Below, one piece after another: positions 50,707 through 62,670 of a DNA stretch of 64,000 nt. Made by a program: the position numbers and the translations under genes. The DNA comes from Octopus sinensis (taxonomy: Eukaryota). The DNA is taken from contig NC_043003.1 of assembly GCF_006345805.1 (NCBI RefSeq), positions 17,422,001 through 17,486,000 of the forward strand, in the 5' to 3' direction. Below the pieces are notes generated by a model. It had not been told where the DNA came from, searched no databases, and saw only the letters and a program-made list of their open reading frames with translations. Numbering within the stretch: position 1 is the first letter of the stretch; each line of letters begins with the position of its first letter.

Positions 50707-53119
50707 TAACTTCTTTTTCTGGATAGGAATACTTCTGATCTCTTCTGGTTCCCTAGTATTATGATATGAAACCATCTGAAATACTAAACAATTTAAATTA
50801 AACACAAACAAAAAAATAATTCTAATTATTTTTATTATTCCATACATTTTATTTTTCCCTTAATCGGGAAAGAATAATTAGAAAAAAATATATTTTAAAT
50901 TAGAACAACATGGCTGTTTAAAACCATATTTGTCTCTAAAGGCATGTTAATGAAGGTTTCAAGCATGATAGGATTTTGAACAATGCAACAACAGTTTTCA
51001 TAAAGAACTCTAATAGTCTGGTCACTGATTAAAGGAAAATCAGCTCAGGATGGTCAAGATGGCAATTTCTGATTATGAAGATTGGATCGAGATGATAATT
51101 TCTGAAGATCAAATTTAAATTGTCTTTCTTCGTAATTTCTTCGAAATTCTATCTGAAACAAAAACATTATTCTGTGAACTCAGAGTCAAAGAATTATTAA
51201 AACAGAAATTTACATGTAAAAAATGAAAAAAAAATGCTTATTGATTGTTTTTAATCGTTTACTTGCTTCACTCATTGGACAGTGGCCATGCTGGGGCACT
51301 TTCTTGAAGGGTGTATTACAAGTACATATTATATAACAGTAACCCTTAGATGAAGCATATATTTACTAATGATGACTAAAATCTTTGAATAGTTTGAAAT
51401 AGGCTCTATGCTTTGCATCTTGTCTAGGCCAGCTATCAGTTAAAACCAAGCCTACATTTTACATCTTGTCTGAGATTAGTACCAGCTTTGTACAAGATTG
51501 TAAAGAACTATTTGGAGTGGGGTACACTTTTAGAATTAGTTAAACGAAGATGATGATGATGATGAAAAGGTGCAGCATCACACCGATAGCCAGCTGGCAG
51601 ATCATCAGCCTGGGGTTAAACAAGTAGTAACAGTCACTTTGACATGGTGATTGACTTAACATTTATCTGTTTCGATGTTTATCTTTGAGAAAATTATTAT
51701 CAACTATAAATATCCTAACAATTTTGTCTCTCAAAATAAATATATTCAATTTCTAAGAGTAACTTATTTTTTTTCTGAAATGGGAAATTAAATAAGTGTA
51801 AGTTAAATAGTTTCTCCATCTGATACAATCAGATGTCTTCTGCGAAAATAATTGGCTTGAATTGGAATTGGTGTTTTATCATTTACCCAAATACAAAGTT
51901 ATTTTAAATTGTTCACATCTGGAGAAAGTTGCCATTTTTTCTTCTGTCTACCCTCTTTAAATATTCTTTTATCTTTTATTTGTCTCAGCCACTGGATGGC
52001 GACCATGCTGGGGCACCACCTTAAAGGGTTTTAGTTGAATAAATTGGCCCAAGTAGTTATTTTACAGTCAGGTAGTTATTCTCTAGATCTCTTTTGCCAG
52101 TTTGCTAAGTTGTGGGGATGTAAACAAACCAACACCAGTTGCCAAGTGGTCGTGATGGTGGTGGTGGTGGAACAAGACAAATACACACACATACACATGC
52201 TTATACAATTATATATATATATTATATCATCATCGTCATCAGCATCATTATTTAGCATCTGTTTCCCATGCTGGCATGGGTTGGATGGTTTGACTTGGAA
52301 CTGGCTTGCAGGGAACTGTCCAGACTCCACCAGTCTATTGTGGCATAGTTCCTACAGGTGGCTGGATGCCCTTCCTAACACCAACCACTTAACAGAGTGT
52401 GCTGGGTGCCTTTTGCATGTCACTGGCACACATATCTATATATATTTTCAGGATTAAATAATAAGTAGACAACGAACAGGAAATATGACATACCTATAGG
52501 TGTAGGAGTGGCTGTGTGGTAAGTAGCTTACTTACCAACCACCTGGTTCTGGGTTCAGTCCCACTGTGTGGCACCTTGGGCAAGTGTCTTCTGCTATAGC
52601 CTCGGGCCGACCAAAGCCTTGTGAGTGGATTTGGTAGACGGAAACTGAAAAGAAGTGTGTGTGTGTATGTTTGTGTGTCTGTGTTTTTCCCCACAACATT
52701 GCTTGACAACCAATGCTGGTGTGTTTACGTCCCTTTAACTTAGCAGTTTGGCAAAAGAAACCAATAGAATAATTAAGTACTAGGCTTCCAAAGAATAAGT
52801 CCTGTGGTTGATTTGCTTGACTAAAGGTGGTGCTTCAGCATGACCACAGTTAAATGACTGAAGCATGTAGAAGAATAAAAGATATGTGAATTTAACGTGG
52901 TTGATGCCAGCCCTCTTGCTTCAACTGGCTCCTGTGCCATTGGCATGTAAAAAGCACCATCCAAACGTGGCTGATGCCAGTGCCACCTTGCTGGTGGTAT
53001 GTAAAAAGCACCCACTCTCAGAGTGGTTGGCGTTAGGAAGGGCATCCAGCTGTAGAAACTCTGCCAGATCAGATTGGAGCCTGGGTCAGCCTCCTGGCTT
53101 GCCAGACCCCAGCTAAACC

Positions 53120-53349
53120 TATTTCTTTATTACCCACAAGGGGCTAAACACAGAGGGGACAAACAAGGACAGACATAGGTATTAAGTCGATTACATCGAC
53201 CCCAGTGCCTAACTGGTACTTAATTTATCGACCCCGAAAGGATGAAAGGCAAAGTCGACCTCGGCGGAATTTGAACTCACAACGTAACGCAGACGAAATA
53301 CCGCAAAGCATTTCGCCCGGCGTGCTAACATTTCTGCCAGCTCGCCGCC
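53120..53349 (-). mobile_element. SINE family E (other copies near 2405, 10864, 21985, 22575, 35200, 36590, 44435, 45240, 45470, 46570, 49515, 54165-54975, 57640)
   Basis: tRNA-like head plus conserved body GAGGTCGACTTTGCCTTTCATCCTTTCGGGGTCGATAAATTAAGTACC. This copy is nested in a family F element with TSD CTAAACC. The 46570 copy has the 17-bp TSD ATGATACTTCAGCCTTT. Confidence 0.9.
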
Positions 53350-53519
53350 TAAACCGTCCAATCCATGCCAGCATGGAAAACAGACGTTAAACGATGTTGA
53401 TGATGATGATGATGATTATGATGACATGTGTATGTACACATGTACACATACAAAACAAGCTTCCACACAGTCTTCATCAACTAAATTCACCCAAAAGTAT
53501 TGGACAGTTTCATCAATCC

Positions 53520-53870
53520 AGTGCTCTAGAAGAAGTCAGCCGCCCAAGCTGCTGTGCAGCGGGAATGAACCTGAGACCACATGCTTTGCAAAGAGAGCTT
53601 CTTAATGCCTGTGTCTATAAACAAGTAAATAGCTTTTTAATGATGCTGCTGTGAATTGCATCTTCAGTAAACAAGTGATGGCAGACAATACAAACTTACA
53701 TAAAGATAAAAAAGATGTATGTATGCTGCTGTGCAGCGGGAATGAACCTGAGACCACATGGTTGCAAAGCGAGCTTCTTAACCACACAGCAGTGCCTCTG
53801 TCTATTAACAAGTAAATAGCTTTTTAATGATGCTATTGTGAATTGCATCTCCAGTAAACAAGTAATGCCA
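53520..53870. repeat. Diverged tandem duplication, ~176-bp unit
   Basis: GCTGCTGTGCAGCGGGAATGAACCTGAGACCACATG occurs at ~53549 and ~53725. Confidence 0.8.
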
Positions 53871-55249
53871 GACAATACCCACTTACATGCAAATAAAAAA
53901 GATATATATCTATGTACACACACACACACTAATGTAAATCCATGCATTCACACTTATACTCAAACTATAACTGTATTCGGTATATCTTCTTTCGGTTTTA
54001 TGTCTTATTTTGTTGTGGTGTGGCTTAGTCATGTCTTCTCTTTTAGAAACTATTTTATCTCTCCTTTTTACTTGAAAGGAGCCACAGCTGCAAACATTTT
54101 AACTTATATAAAAGCCTCATCAGTACATAGTTACTTTTTGTTTTTCCTCTTACTTTTGGTGGTGTAGTGAGCTGGCAGAAACATTAGCATGTTGGGCGAA
54201 ATGCGTAGCTGTATTTTGTCTGCCGTTACGTTCTGAGTTCAAATTCCACCGAGGTTGACTTTGCCTTTCATCCTTTCGGGGTCAATAAATTAAGTACTAG
54301 TTATGCACTGGAGTCAATGTAATCGACTTAACCCTTTAGCATTCAAACCGGCCCAAATTTTCTACTTCTTTTATGGTCAAACCATCTAGATCTGGCCTCT
54401 CACTCATATCCTACAATGACATCCTCAAAATAAAACCATCACATCATCAAATACTCAGAACTACAAGATAATGCAGGATTAATTCAAAACAATGAGAATG
54501 AAAAAGCATTATATTTGACAGAGTAATCTGAACACTAAAAGGTTAATCCATTTGTCTGTCCTTGTTTGTCCTCTCTGTGTTTAGACCCTTGTGGGTAGTA
54601 AAGAAATACTTATTTCGTCTGCCGTTATGTTCTGAGTTCAAATTCTACCGAGGTTGACTTTGCCTTTCATCCTTTCGGGGTCGATAAATTAAGTACTAGT
54701 TATGCACTGGGGTCGATGTAATCGACTTAATCCCTTTGTCTGTCCTTGTTTGTCCTCTCTGTGTTTAGCCCCTTGTGGGTAGTAAATAAATAGGTATTTC
54801 GTCTGCTGTTACGTTCTGACTTCAAATTCCGCCGAGGTCGACTTTGCCTTTCATCCTTTTGGGGTCGATAAATTAAGTACCAGTTACGCACTGGGATCGA
54901 TGTAATCGACTTAATCCGTTTGTCTGTCCTTGTTTGTCCTCTCTGTGTTTAGCCCCTTGTGGGCAGTAAAGAAATAGGTAAGTACACCTGCTTGTCATGT
55001 TCAATTTGGGGATTCAGTTCACGGCCAGGGAGGCTAATTATCTCTTTAAGGATATAGACATGGTTATAGGTGCAGGCATGACCCCATAGATGCAGGTATG
55101 GATCTGTGGCTTAGAAGCCCACTTTGCAACTATGTGGTCTCAGGTTCAGTCTCACAGTGCAGCACCTTGGACAAATGCCTTCGACTACAGTCCCAGGTCA
55201 AGTAATAACTTCTGAGTCAACTTAGTACACAGAAACAGTTATGAAGCCC

Positions 55250-55293
<44 letters not shown>

Positions 55294-55906
55294 TGTGTGC
55301 TGTTACATAGGCTCGTCTGCTACAATTTGAAAATCTAGATTACATAATCATTTTCATTCATCTAAGTGTAGAAGAGTGGAGGTGCATGGCCTAGTGGTTA
55401 GAGCAGTGGACTCATGGTCGAGGGATCATGGGTTCGAATCTCAGACCGGGCAATGTGTGTGTTTATGAGCAAAACACCTAAGCTCCATGCAGCTCTGCCA
55501 GAAGGTAATGACGAACCTCTGCTGACTCTTTCACCACAACTTTCTCTCACTCTTTCCTCCTGCATCTTGCAGCTCACCTATGATGGACCGGCGTCCCATC
55601 CAGGTGGAGTACCTATACGCCAAGGAAACTGGGAAACCGGCCCTTATGAGCCAGGCATGGTTCGAGAAGGAACAAACAACAAGTGAAGAAGAAAATGTAA
55701 TTCTATGAAGCTTAGTAAATATGGTTGGGATTTCAAAGACAAGAACATTAACTCTAGTTTGAAAGGGTCCATCGTAAGATACTGGTAAGTTTAAATGTGA
55801 TCCTTGCATTGAGAAAATGTATCATATAATTACTTCTAAATTAATATCATTGTATTGTAACAGTAATTTTACATTGAAATGTTCTCATAAATATAGAACA
55901 TTTATA

Positions 55907-56281
55907 TCCCTCTATATATAAAGCTGAAGTTGTCTGTGTATGGTAGGTTCGGTAGCCTTCAACTAACACTATCTCCTCTGAGACCCTGTGGCACAAGTTG
56001 ACCAAAATTGAGAGTATGATAGAAGGCTTACTCTTCCTTCCATAGAAGAAAAAAATTCAAATCGGACCATGTTAACACCAAAAGTTATTTAATTCAAAAA
56101 GGTGCTTTTTTTCTATGAAAATCCCAATTTTTTACTATTTTTTGACTGCTGTGTCGCCATTTTTTGATGTATTTCAACCAGAAAAATGTTCACTTAAAGA
56201 GAATAACAAGCTACATAATGCAAAATTTTTACTTTTCAAAGGGTTGAAACAAACCCGAGCAACACCGGGTAATACTGCTAG
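55907..56281 (+). mobile_element. Non-autonomous Helitron-like element
   Basis: A|TC 5' end (TCCCTCTATATATAAAG), 3' hairpin CCCGAGCAACACCGGG followed by CTAG|T, no TSD. Confidence 0.65.
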
Positions 56282-56809
56282 TATGCTAGTATTTCTATAT
56301 AAAATAACCCATTTTTTTTATAATTGCGTTTCCGATAATCTAATATGCATAATTTTTCTAAAATTTCTTTTACCATATTTAATTGATAGATAACTAATTG
56401 TAATGATGTACAATTTCTATGTTACCAATGTTTATTTTTTATTCTTTCGTTGTCTACTGATGTCATCAAAAGTTCAATACTAAACTAGATATGCTTAGAA
56501 TATTTTATTTAATCTTAAAATTCTTTTTCTATGCTTTCATCTGTTAGAGGTATTTTCTTAGTTTACTTTGAATTTAGACTATTTTTGAATGCCTTACTCT
56601 TTTACTCTTTTACTTGTTTCAGTCATTTGACTGTGGCCATGCTGGAGCACCGCCTTTAGTCAAGCAAACCGACCCCAGGATTTATTCTTTGTAAGCCTAG
56701 TACTTATTCTATCGGTCTCTTTTGCAGAACCGCTAAGTTATGGGAATGTAAACACACCAGCAACGGTTGTCAAGCAATGTTGTAGGGACAAACACAGACA
56801 CACAAATAT

Positions 56810-56842
<33 letters not shown>

Positions 56843-57871
56843 CATATATACAACAGGCTTCTTTCAGTTTCCGTCTACCAAATCTACTCACAAGGCTTTG
56901 GTCAGCCCGTGAATTTAGTAGAAGACACCTGCCCAAGACTGAACCCGGAGGTTTGTAAGCAAGCTACACATTATTAGTATTAAAGTTTTTACAACATTCA
57001 AATGGGAGACGGTTTGTCTTCAAAGTCTGGTTTTTACATTGAGGAAACTCTTTTGATGTTTCCCAAATTTTCAGAAAACAATGAGTTAATTTTCTTTTGA
57101 AATAATGAATGTTTACATAGAAAAATTACAGAAACTTCCTTTAAAAGATTTACTGAACCTCTTCTGGCTTTTAAGTACAATTAGAATGTTTCACATATTT
57201 TAATAGTGTTTCCTCTCTGTTGAAAATCATAACATAACATTTTTTTTTATATGTTGCTGATGTAAATTACCCTCTTTCTTGTTTTCTTGTTTTCTTTTTT
57301 GTTGTTTTTATATCTGGTTTTCCTTGCTTCTGTGGAATGTTTTTGTAGATACAGTGATTATTTTCCCAGTGTGTTGCCCTTCCTTCAGCTAATACACAGC
57401 CGTAATGTAGTAATGCAACCTGTTTCATCTGTTATGAACACCATGACAAATTGAATTATGCGTCCTGTTCAAAAATACACAGTTCTGCTTTGCCTTTTCA
57501 TTGGTCGAGATAAAGTTTGAACTGAAGAACCCTTTAAACCTCAGACTAACATCTTCAACTCACAACTATTGTGTGTCAGTCTTCATCTTATGACATTTTA
57601 ATGATGAAATGTAATTTGAGTGAAATTTCTATTTACCATGAGCTGGCAGAATCCATAGCATGTCAGAAAAACAGCCTAGTAGTATTTCTTCCATTTCCTT
57701 AGGCTCTGAGTTCAAATCCCACCATGGTCAACTTTACCTTTCATCCCTCTGGGGCTGATAAAATAATGTATCATAAAAGTACTGAAGTTGATGACATTGA
57801 TTAATTACCTTCCCTCAAACTTCTTAGCCTTGTGCCAAAATTTCAAACCATTATTATTATTATTATTATTA

Positions 57872-57903
<32 letters not shown>

Positions 57904-57929
57904 GTTATTATTATTATTATTATTATTGA

Positions 57930-58985
57930 GTGCCATCAAAGTAACACCAGGGTAAAATATACAAAGCCCAGTATACCCATCATGACTACCCACCTGATAA
58001 GGGTACACCAGGTACATGCATCATAGCCATATGTATATAACATGGCGGTCTCATATCAAGATTAACAGCACATGACCTTGTAGGTGGAGCCCAGTTAGAA
58101 TTTTCTTCAGGTCGAGTAGCCCATCTCACTCAAAAGGTCCCTGAATAAGGGTTGTTTAAGGATGTTGAATGACTCACCCATGTTTCCAAAGGTGAATTAT
58201 CCAAACCTCTGAGAATTCTTTTCAACACATGGCTATAATGCTCCCTGACTACTTCTGCTTGTGATCGGAGATGCACATATCGTCAGCCACTAAGGGACAT
58301 GGTCAACTGGTTAAGGTCAAACAACTGATGTGCAAATCTGTGGTATTGAGCAGAATATCTGCTGTAGCCCATCTTTTATACTAAGACAAAACATCTATAT
58401 ATGGTAACACTTCCAATCAGTTAAGATCAGAAGCGATGAGAGCCACTGCTTGGTACTGCATCGCTAGTATGGCATCAGAGTCTTTCAGAACAACAACAAC
58501 TACAACAATTATTGTTGTTGTTGTTATTCTGAAAGACTCTTTCTGGCTGATTTGCATTTTATTTCATCTTCTGGCCAGCTCTCAACCAGACACCTTTCTG
58601 GGAATGTGGGCAGTTGATGTTGACACAAATTTTTGAGTCTCATAGATTGTTGGTTTCACAGGGATCTCAGTCAAAAAATTTGTCACTACCTTTCTTCATC
58701 ATTTCTAGGGCACCTACAACAACATGGATGGTTTTGGCTTTTAATTGCCATGTCCTAGATATTTCAATCTCAAGGTCTTTACATTTTGAGAGTTTTTCAA
58801 ATTCCTTTGCTGAGATGTTCCTATCAGAAGGCACTGTCATATCAATTAACAAGCATGTTTTTTCTCTTAGGTCTTTGATGACAATGTCTGGTCAATTATC
58901 ATTTATTTGCCTGTCTGTATGCATCTCATAATCCCATAGGATGGTAACATTTTCCCCCTCAGTGACTGGCTCTGGATGGTGCTCA
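57930..58985 (-). mobile_element. R4/Dong-like LINE fragment (restriction-like endonuclease) and adjoining repeat sequence
   Basis: LIDMTVPSDRNISAKEFEKLSKCKDLEIEISRTW...VVVGAL (58667-58852) is an RLE-domain motif. Including 57930-58480 in the same element is an inference. Confidence 0.65.
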
Positions 58986-59908
58986 TATCAGTTTTATAGA
59001 GTATAGTGAGTGCTTTTTATATGGCTCTACAACCACCATTTTTTATGCAGCACCAGCACTAACAACAACACCAGTTCTTACACTTCTTACATGGCACCTT
59101 AGTTTTTGGATATCAATTTTGTTGAGGTTGGCAGGTCTCCTCGAGTACAGTAATATGCTACATATCTCAGTTCTCTGTCATCTCCTTCATAAGGCTTAGT
59201 GTTTTGTGATTAGCCTTCAATACTTTAATACAGTCAGTCACATCAAATCATGTGTGTCCAAACATACGTATTCAATCACCTCATTCCATCCAAATATGCT
59301 GTTGCATGTAGGAGTGGCTGTGTGGTAAGTAGCTTGCTTGCCAACCACATGGTTCCGGGTTCAGTCCCACTGCGTGACACCTTGGGCAAGTGTCTTCTGC
59401 TATTAGCCTCAGAGTGACCAAAGCTTTGTGAGTGGATTTTGTAGACAGAAACTGAAAGAAGCCCGTTGTATATATGTATACATGTGTGTGTATGTGTATG
59501 TGTGTGTGTTTGTGTGTGTGTGTGTGTTTGTGTGTCTGTGTTTGTCCCCCCATCATTGCTTGACAACTGATGCTGGTGTGTTTACGTCCCCATAAGTTAG
59601 CAGTTCGGCAAAAGAGACCAATAGAATAAGTACTAGGCTTACAAAGAATAAGTTCTGGGGGTCGATTTGCTCGACTAAAGGCAGTGCTCCAGCATGGCCA
59701 CAGTCAAATGACTGAAACAAGTAAAAGAGTAAAGAGTAAAAGAATATATTTAACTCCTTGATGGAATGTACATCTAACAAAACAATAGCAACTGACTTGT
59801 GGGTCCCTAACATATGCTAAAGGCCCCGTGCCAGCTTAATCTGGCACTGCAATGAGGGTGTAAAAATGGGATAACAAAATTTGGCAATGGAATTTGACTT
59901 GAACTTAC

Positions 59909-60018
59909 CCAACTATTTCATTATTACAAAACTCTTCCCAATACATCCTTAGTTTCTCTTTAGTGTTGGGATCTTTCTTTTCACCAACCAGCCAGTACGT
60001 AGGCATCAAACCTTTGCC
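59909..60018 (-). CDS. Exon of a nucleotide cyclase gene (probably guanylyl cyclase), end of the catalytic domain
   Basis: Minus strand ttatttcctttag|GGCAAAGG...GTTGG|gtaagt. GKGLMPTYWLVGEKKDPNTKEKLRMYWEEFCNNEIV matches the class III cyclase (K)GKGxMxTYWL motif. The Trp is typical of guanylyl cyclases. Not in the ORF track. Confidence 0.8.
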
Positions 60019-60096
60019 CTAAAGGAAATAAATGAAAAACATTAGAAGGTCAGTTATGTCATCAAGGTATTTTCAAATATGATTAATAATTACAAT

Positions 60097-60120
<24 letters not shown>

Positions 60121-60132
<12 letters not shown>

Positions 60133-60362
60133 AGAGAAGAACCACTATTAAACAATTCAATAAAGAAAGATGTTATTCACACCATATAGAAATCATATAC
60201 TATAAAAAAACCTTATTTTAAATCAATAAAGTACAATAAATAGTAAACAGTACTTTATTGATTTAAAATAAGGTTTTTATATACTATATGTTTTCTATAT
60301 GGTGTGAATAACATCTTTCTTTATTGAATTGTTTAATAGTGGTTCTTCTCTAAATTATATAT
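60121..60362. repeat. Near-perfect palindrome, ~110-bp arms and 15-nt loop, bounded by (TA)n
   Basis: Arms 60121-60234 and 60250-60362 differ at about three positions. Confidence 0.95.
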
Positions 60363-60441
60363 ATATATTATATATTGTGAAATTTGATTTAAAATTGTTA
60401 AATTGAATTTTTCCCTGTAAGTTTTGGAATTATATTCCCTA

Positions 60442-60772
<331 letters not shown>

Positions 60773-60842
60773 TCATGCTGCTACTGTTTATATCTCGCTC
60801 AGAGATTTATTGCTTATATATATATTTATGTATTTATCTATA

Positions 60843-60889
<47 letters not shown>

Positions 60890-60954
60890 ATATATATATA
60901 TATATATACGTATATATGTGTAAATGTAATATGAGACAATTATTCGGTAGCCAT

Positions 60955-61015
60955 GATAAAACTCTGAGTTTCGGATGCCAAGGTGGAAATCCATGCCGCC
61001 ATCTCTTCAGTTATC
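60955..61015 (-). ncRNA. Minimal type I hammerhead ribozyme motif
   Basis: GAUAA-CUGAAGA-GAUG..CAUCC-GAAA-CUCAGAG-UU-UUAUC. Stem I has 5 perfect pairs, the triplet is GUU and the base of stem II is imperfect. Confidence 0.6.
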
Positions 61016-61432
61016 CAGCCATCAAAAAATGCTATGAAAAATGACCGTTATACAAAGGGAAATTACTGTGTGATTGACCATTATTAAGACAAAGGAGCTA
61101 TTTGAATGACCGCTAAGTAAGGGGAGGGAGTAAAAGTAACGGGGTAAAAAAGTTCATAGTATTCGCGTAAGAGCGCCTGTTCATACCTACACATATGCCC
61201 CCGCACGAGAGTCATTCTCTTTTAGTGCCTTACTAATTTAACACACACACTGGTCTGATTTCCACTCATTTACTTAATATTTTTTACTAAAATTTTCATT
61301 GCGACTTGCAACCTTTTCAATAGTTATTAATTCTGTCCATTATCGGGCATGCACACACAAGGAGACAAAGGTACACACACAAATATGTACACTCACACAC
61401 ACATACAGACAAACAGACACACAAACAAACAG

Positions 61433-61467
<35 letters not shown>

Positions 61468-62400
61468 AGCATACAAACATAAGCATGAACACACAAGCAC
61501 ATGGATATCAAGAATACATACATACATACAAACGTGCACACATGCATAGACCTATATATGCATACATGCACACATGCATACACACATACATGCAGAATAC
61601 ATACAAATGTGTACACATGCATGCATGTATATATACATACACACACAGACATGCATACATATATATATATATACATGTACACACACACGGATACATGCAT
61701 ACACACATAATACATTCATATACACATACATACATAAATACATACTTAACATACATACATACATACATACATATGTATGCACACACACACACTGACGTAC
61801 ACACATGTATACAAAAAACAATAAAAAAACATAAAACAAAGAAAAAGAGAATGCAATTCTGATAATGGACAGAATCAATGACTATTGAAAAGGTTGCAAG
61901 TCGCAACAAAAATTTTAGTAAAAAATAATAAGTAGGTGTAGGAGTGGCTGTGTGGTAAGTAGTTTGCTTATGAACCACATTGTTCCAGGTTCAGTCACAC
62001 TGCGTGGCATCTTGGGAAAGTGTCTTCTACTATAGCCTCGGACCGACCAAAGCCTTGTGAGTGGATTTGGTAGACGGAAACAGATTTGGTAAACAGAAAC
62101 AGAAAGAAGCCCGTCATATATATGTATATATATATATGTATGTGTGTGTGTATATGTTTGTGTGTCTGTGTTTGTCCCCCCCCCCAGCATTGCTTGACAC
62201 CTGATGCTGGTGTGTTTACGTCCCTGTAACTTAGTGGTTCAGTAAAATAGACCGATAAAATAAATACTGGGCTTACAAAGAATAAGTCCTGGGGTCAATT
62301 TGCTCGACTAAAGGCGGTGCTCCAGCATGGCCTCAGTCACATGACTGAAACAAGTAAAGGAATTCTAAATCTCACAACGTGAGATATTCATCAACAGTAC

Positions 62401-62670
62401 TTTGTAGTAAAGATTGTTTGCCAACATAACATGGCAGTCCTGGTTTAGGACTAATGCATCTGTAATTTAGCCCCAGGAGATATTGTCTCCAGCTGGCTCT
62501 ATGACACGATCCGTGTTCTTATATTTTCAAAATAAGGGAATACCCTTGTTTCGAAAATATAAGGACAGGACACAGATCGTGTCATATAGCCAGCTGGAGA
62601 CTAAATTACAACAACATTAGTTCTAAACCAGGACTGCCATGTTATGTTGGTAAACAATCTTTACTGCAAA
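62401..62670. mobile_element. Foldback MITE-like element
   Basis: TTTGTAGTAAAGATTGTTTGCCAACATAACATGGCAGTCCTGGTTTAG is mirrored at 62620-62670, and pairing continues to the centre near 62540. Confidence 0.8.

Noticed and set aside
53960-54087. Minus-strand K/R-rich open frame after tttgcag, a candidate cyclase exon
   Set aside because: The apparent acceptor is part of the decayed hammerhead/pLTR-like repeat, and there is no strong donor.
55705-55784. Plus-strand ATG...TG|gtaagt mini-exon (MKLSKYGWDFKDKNINSSLKGSIVRYW)
   Set aside because: No promoter evidence, no matching downstream exon and no recognisable homology.
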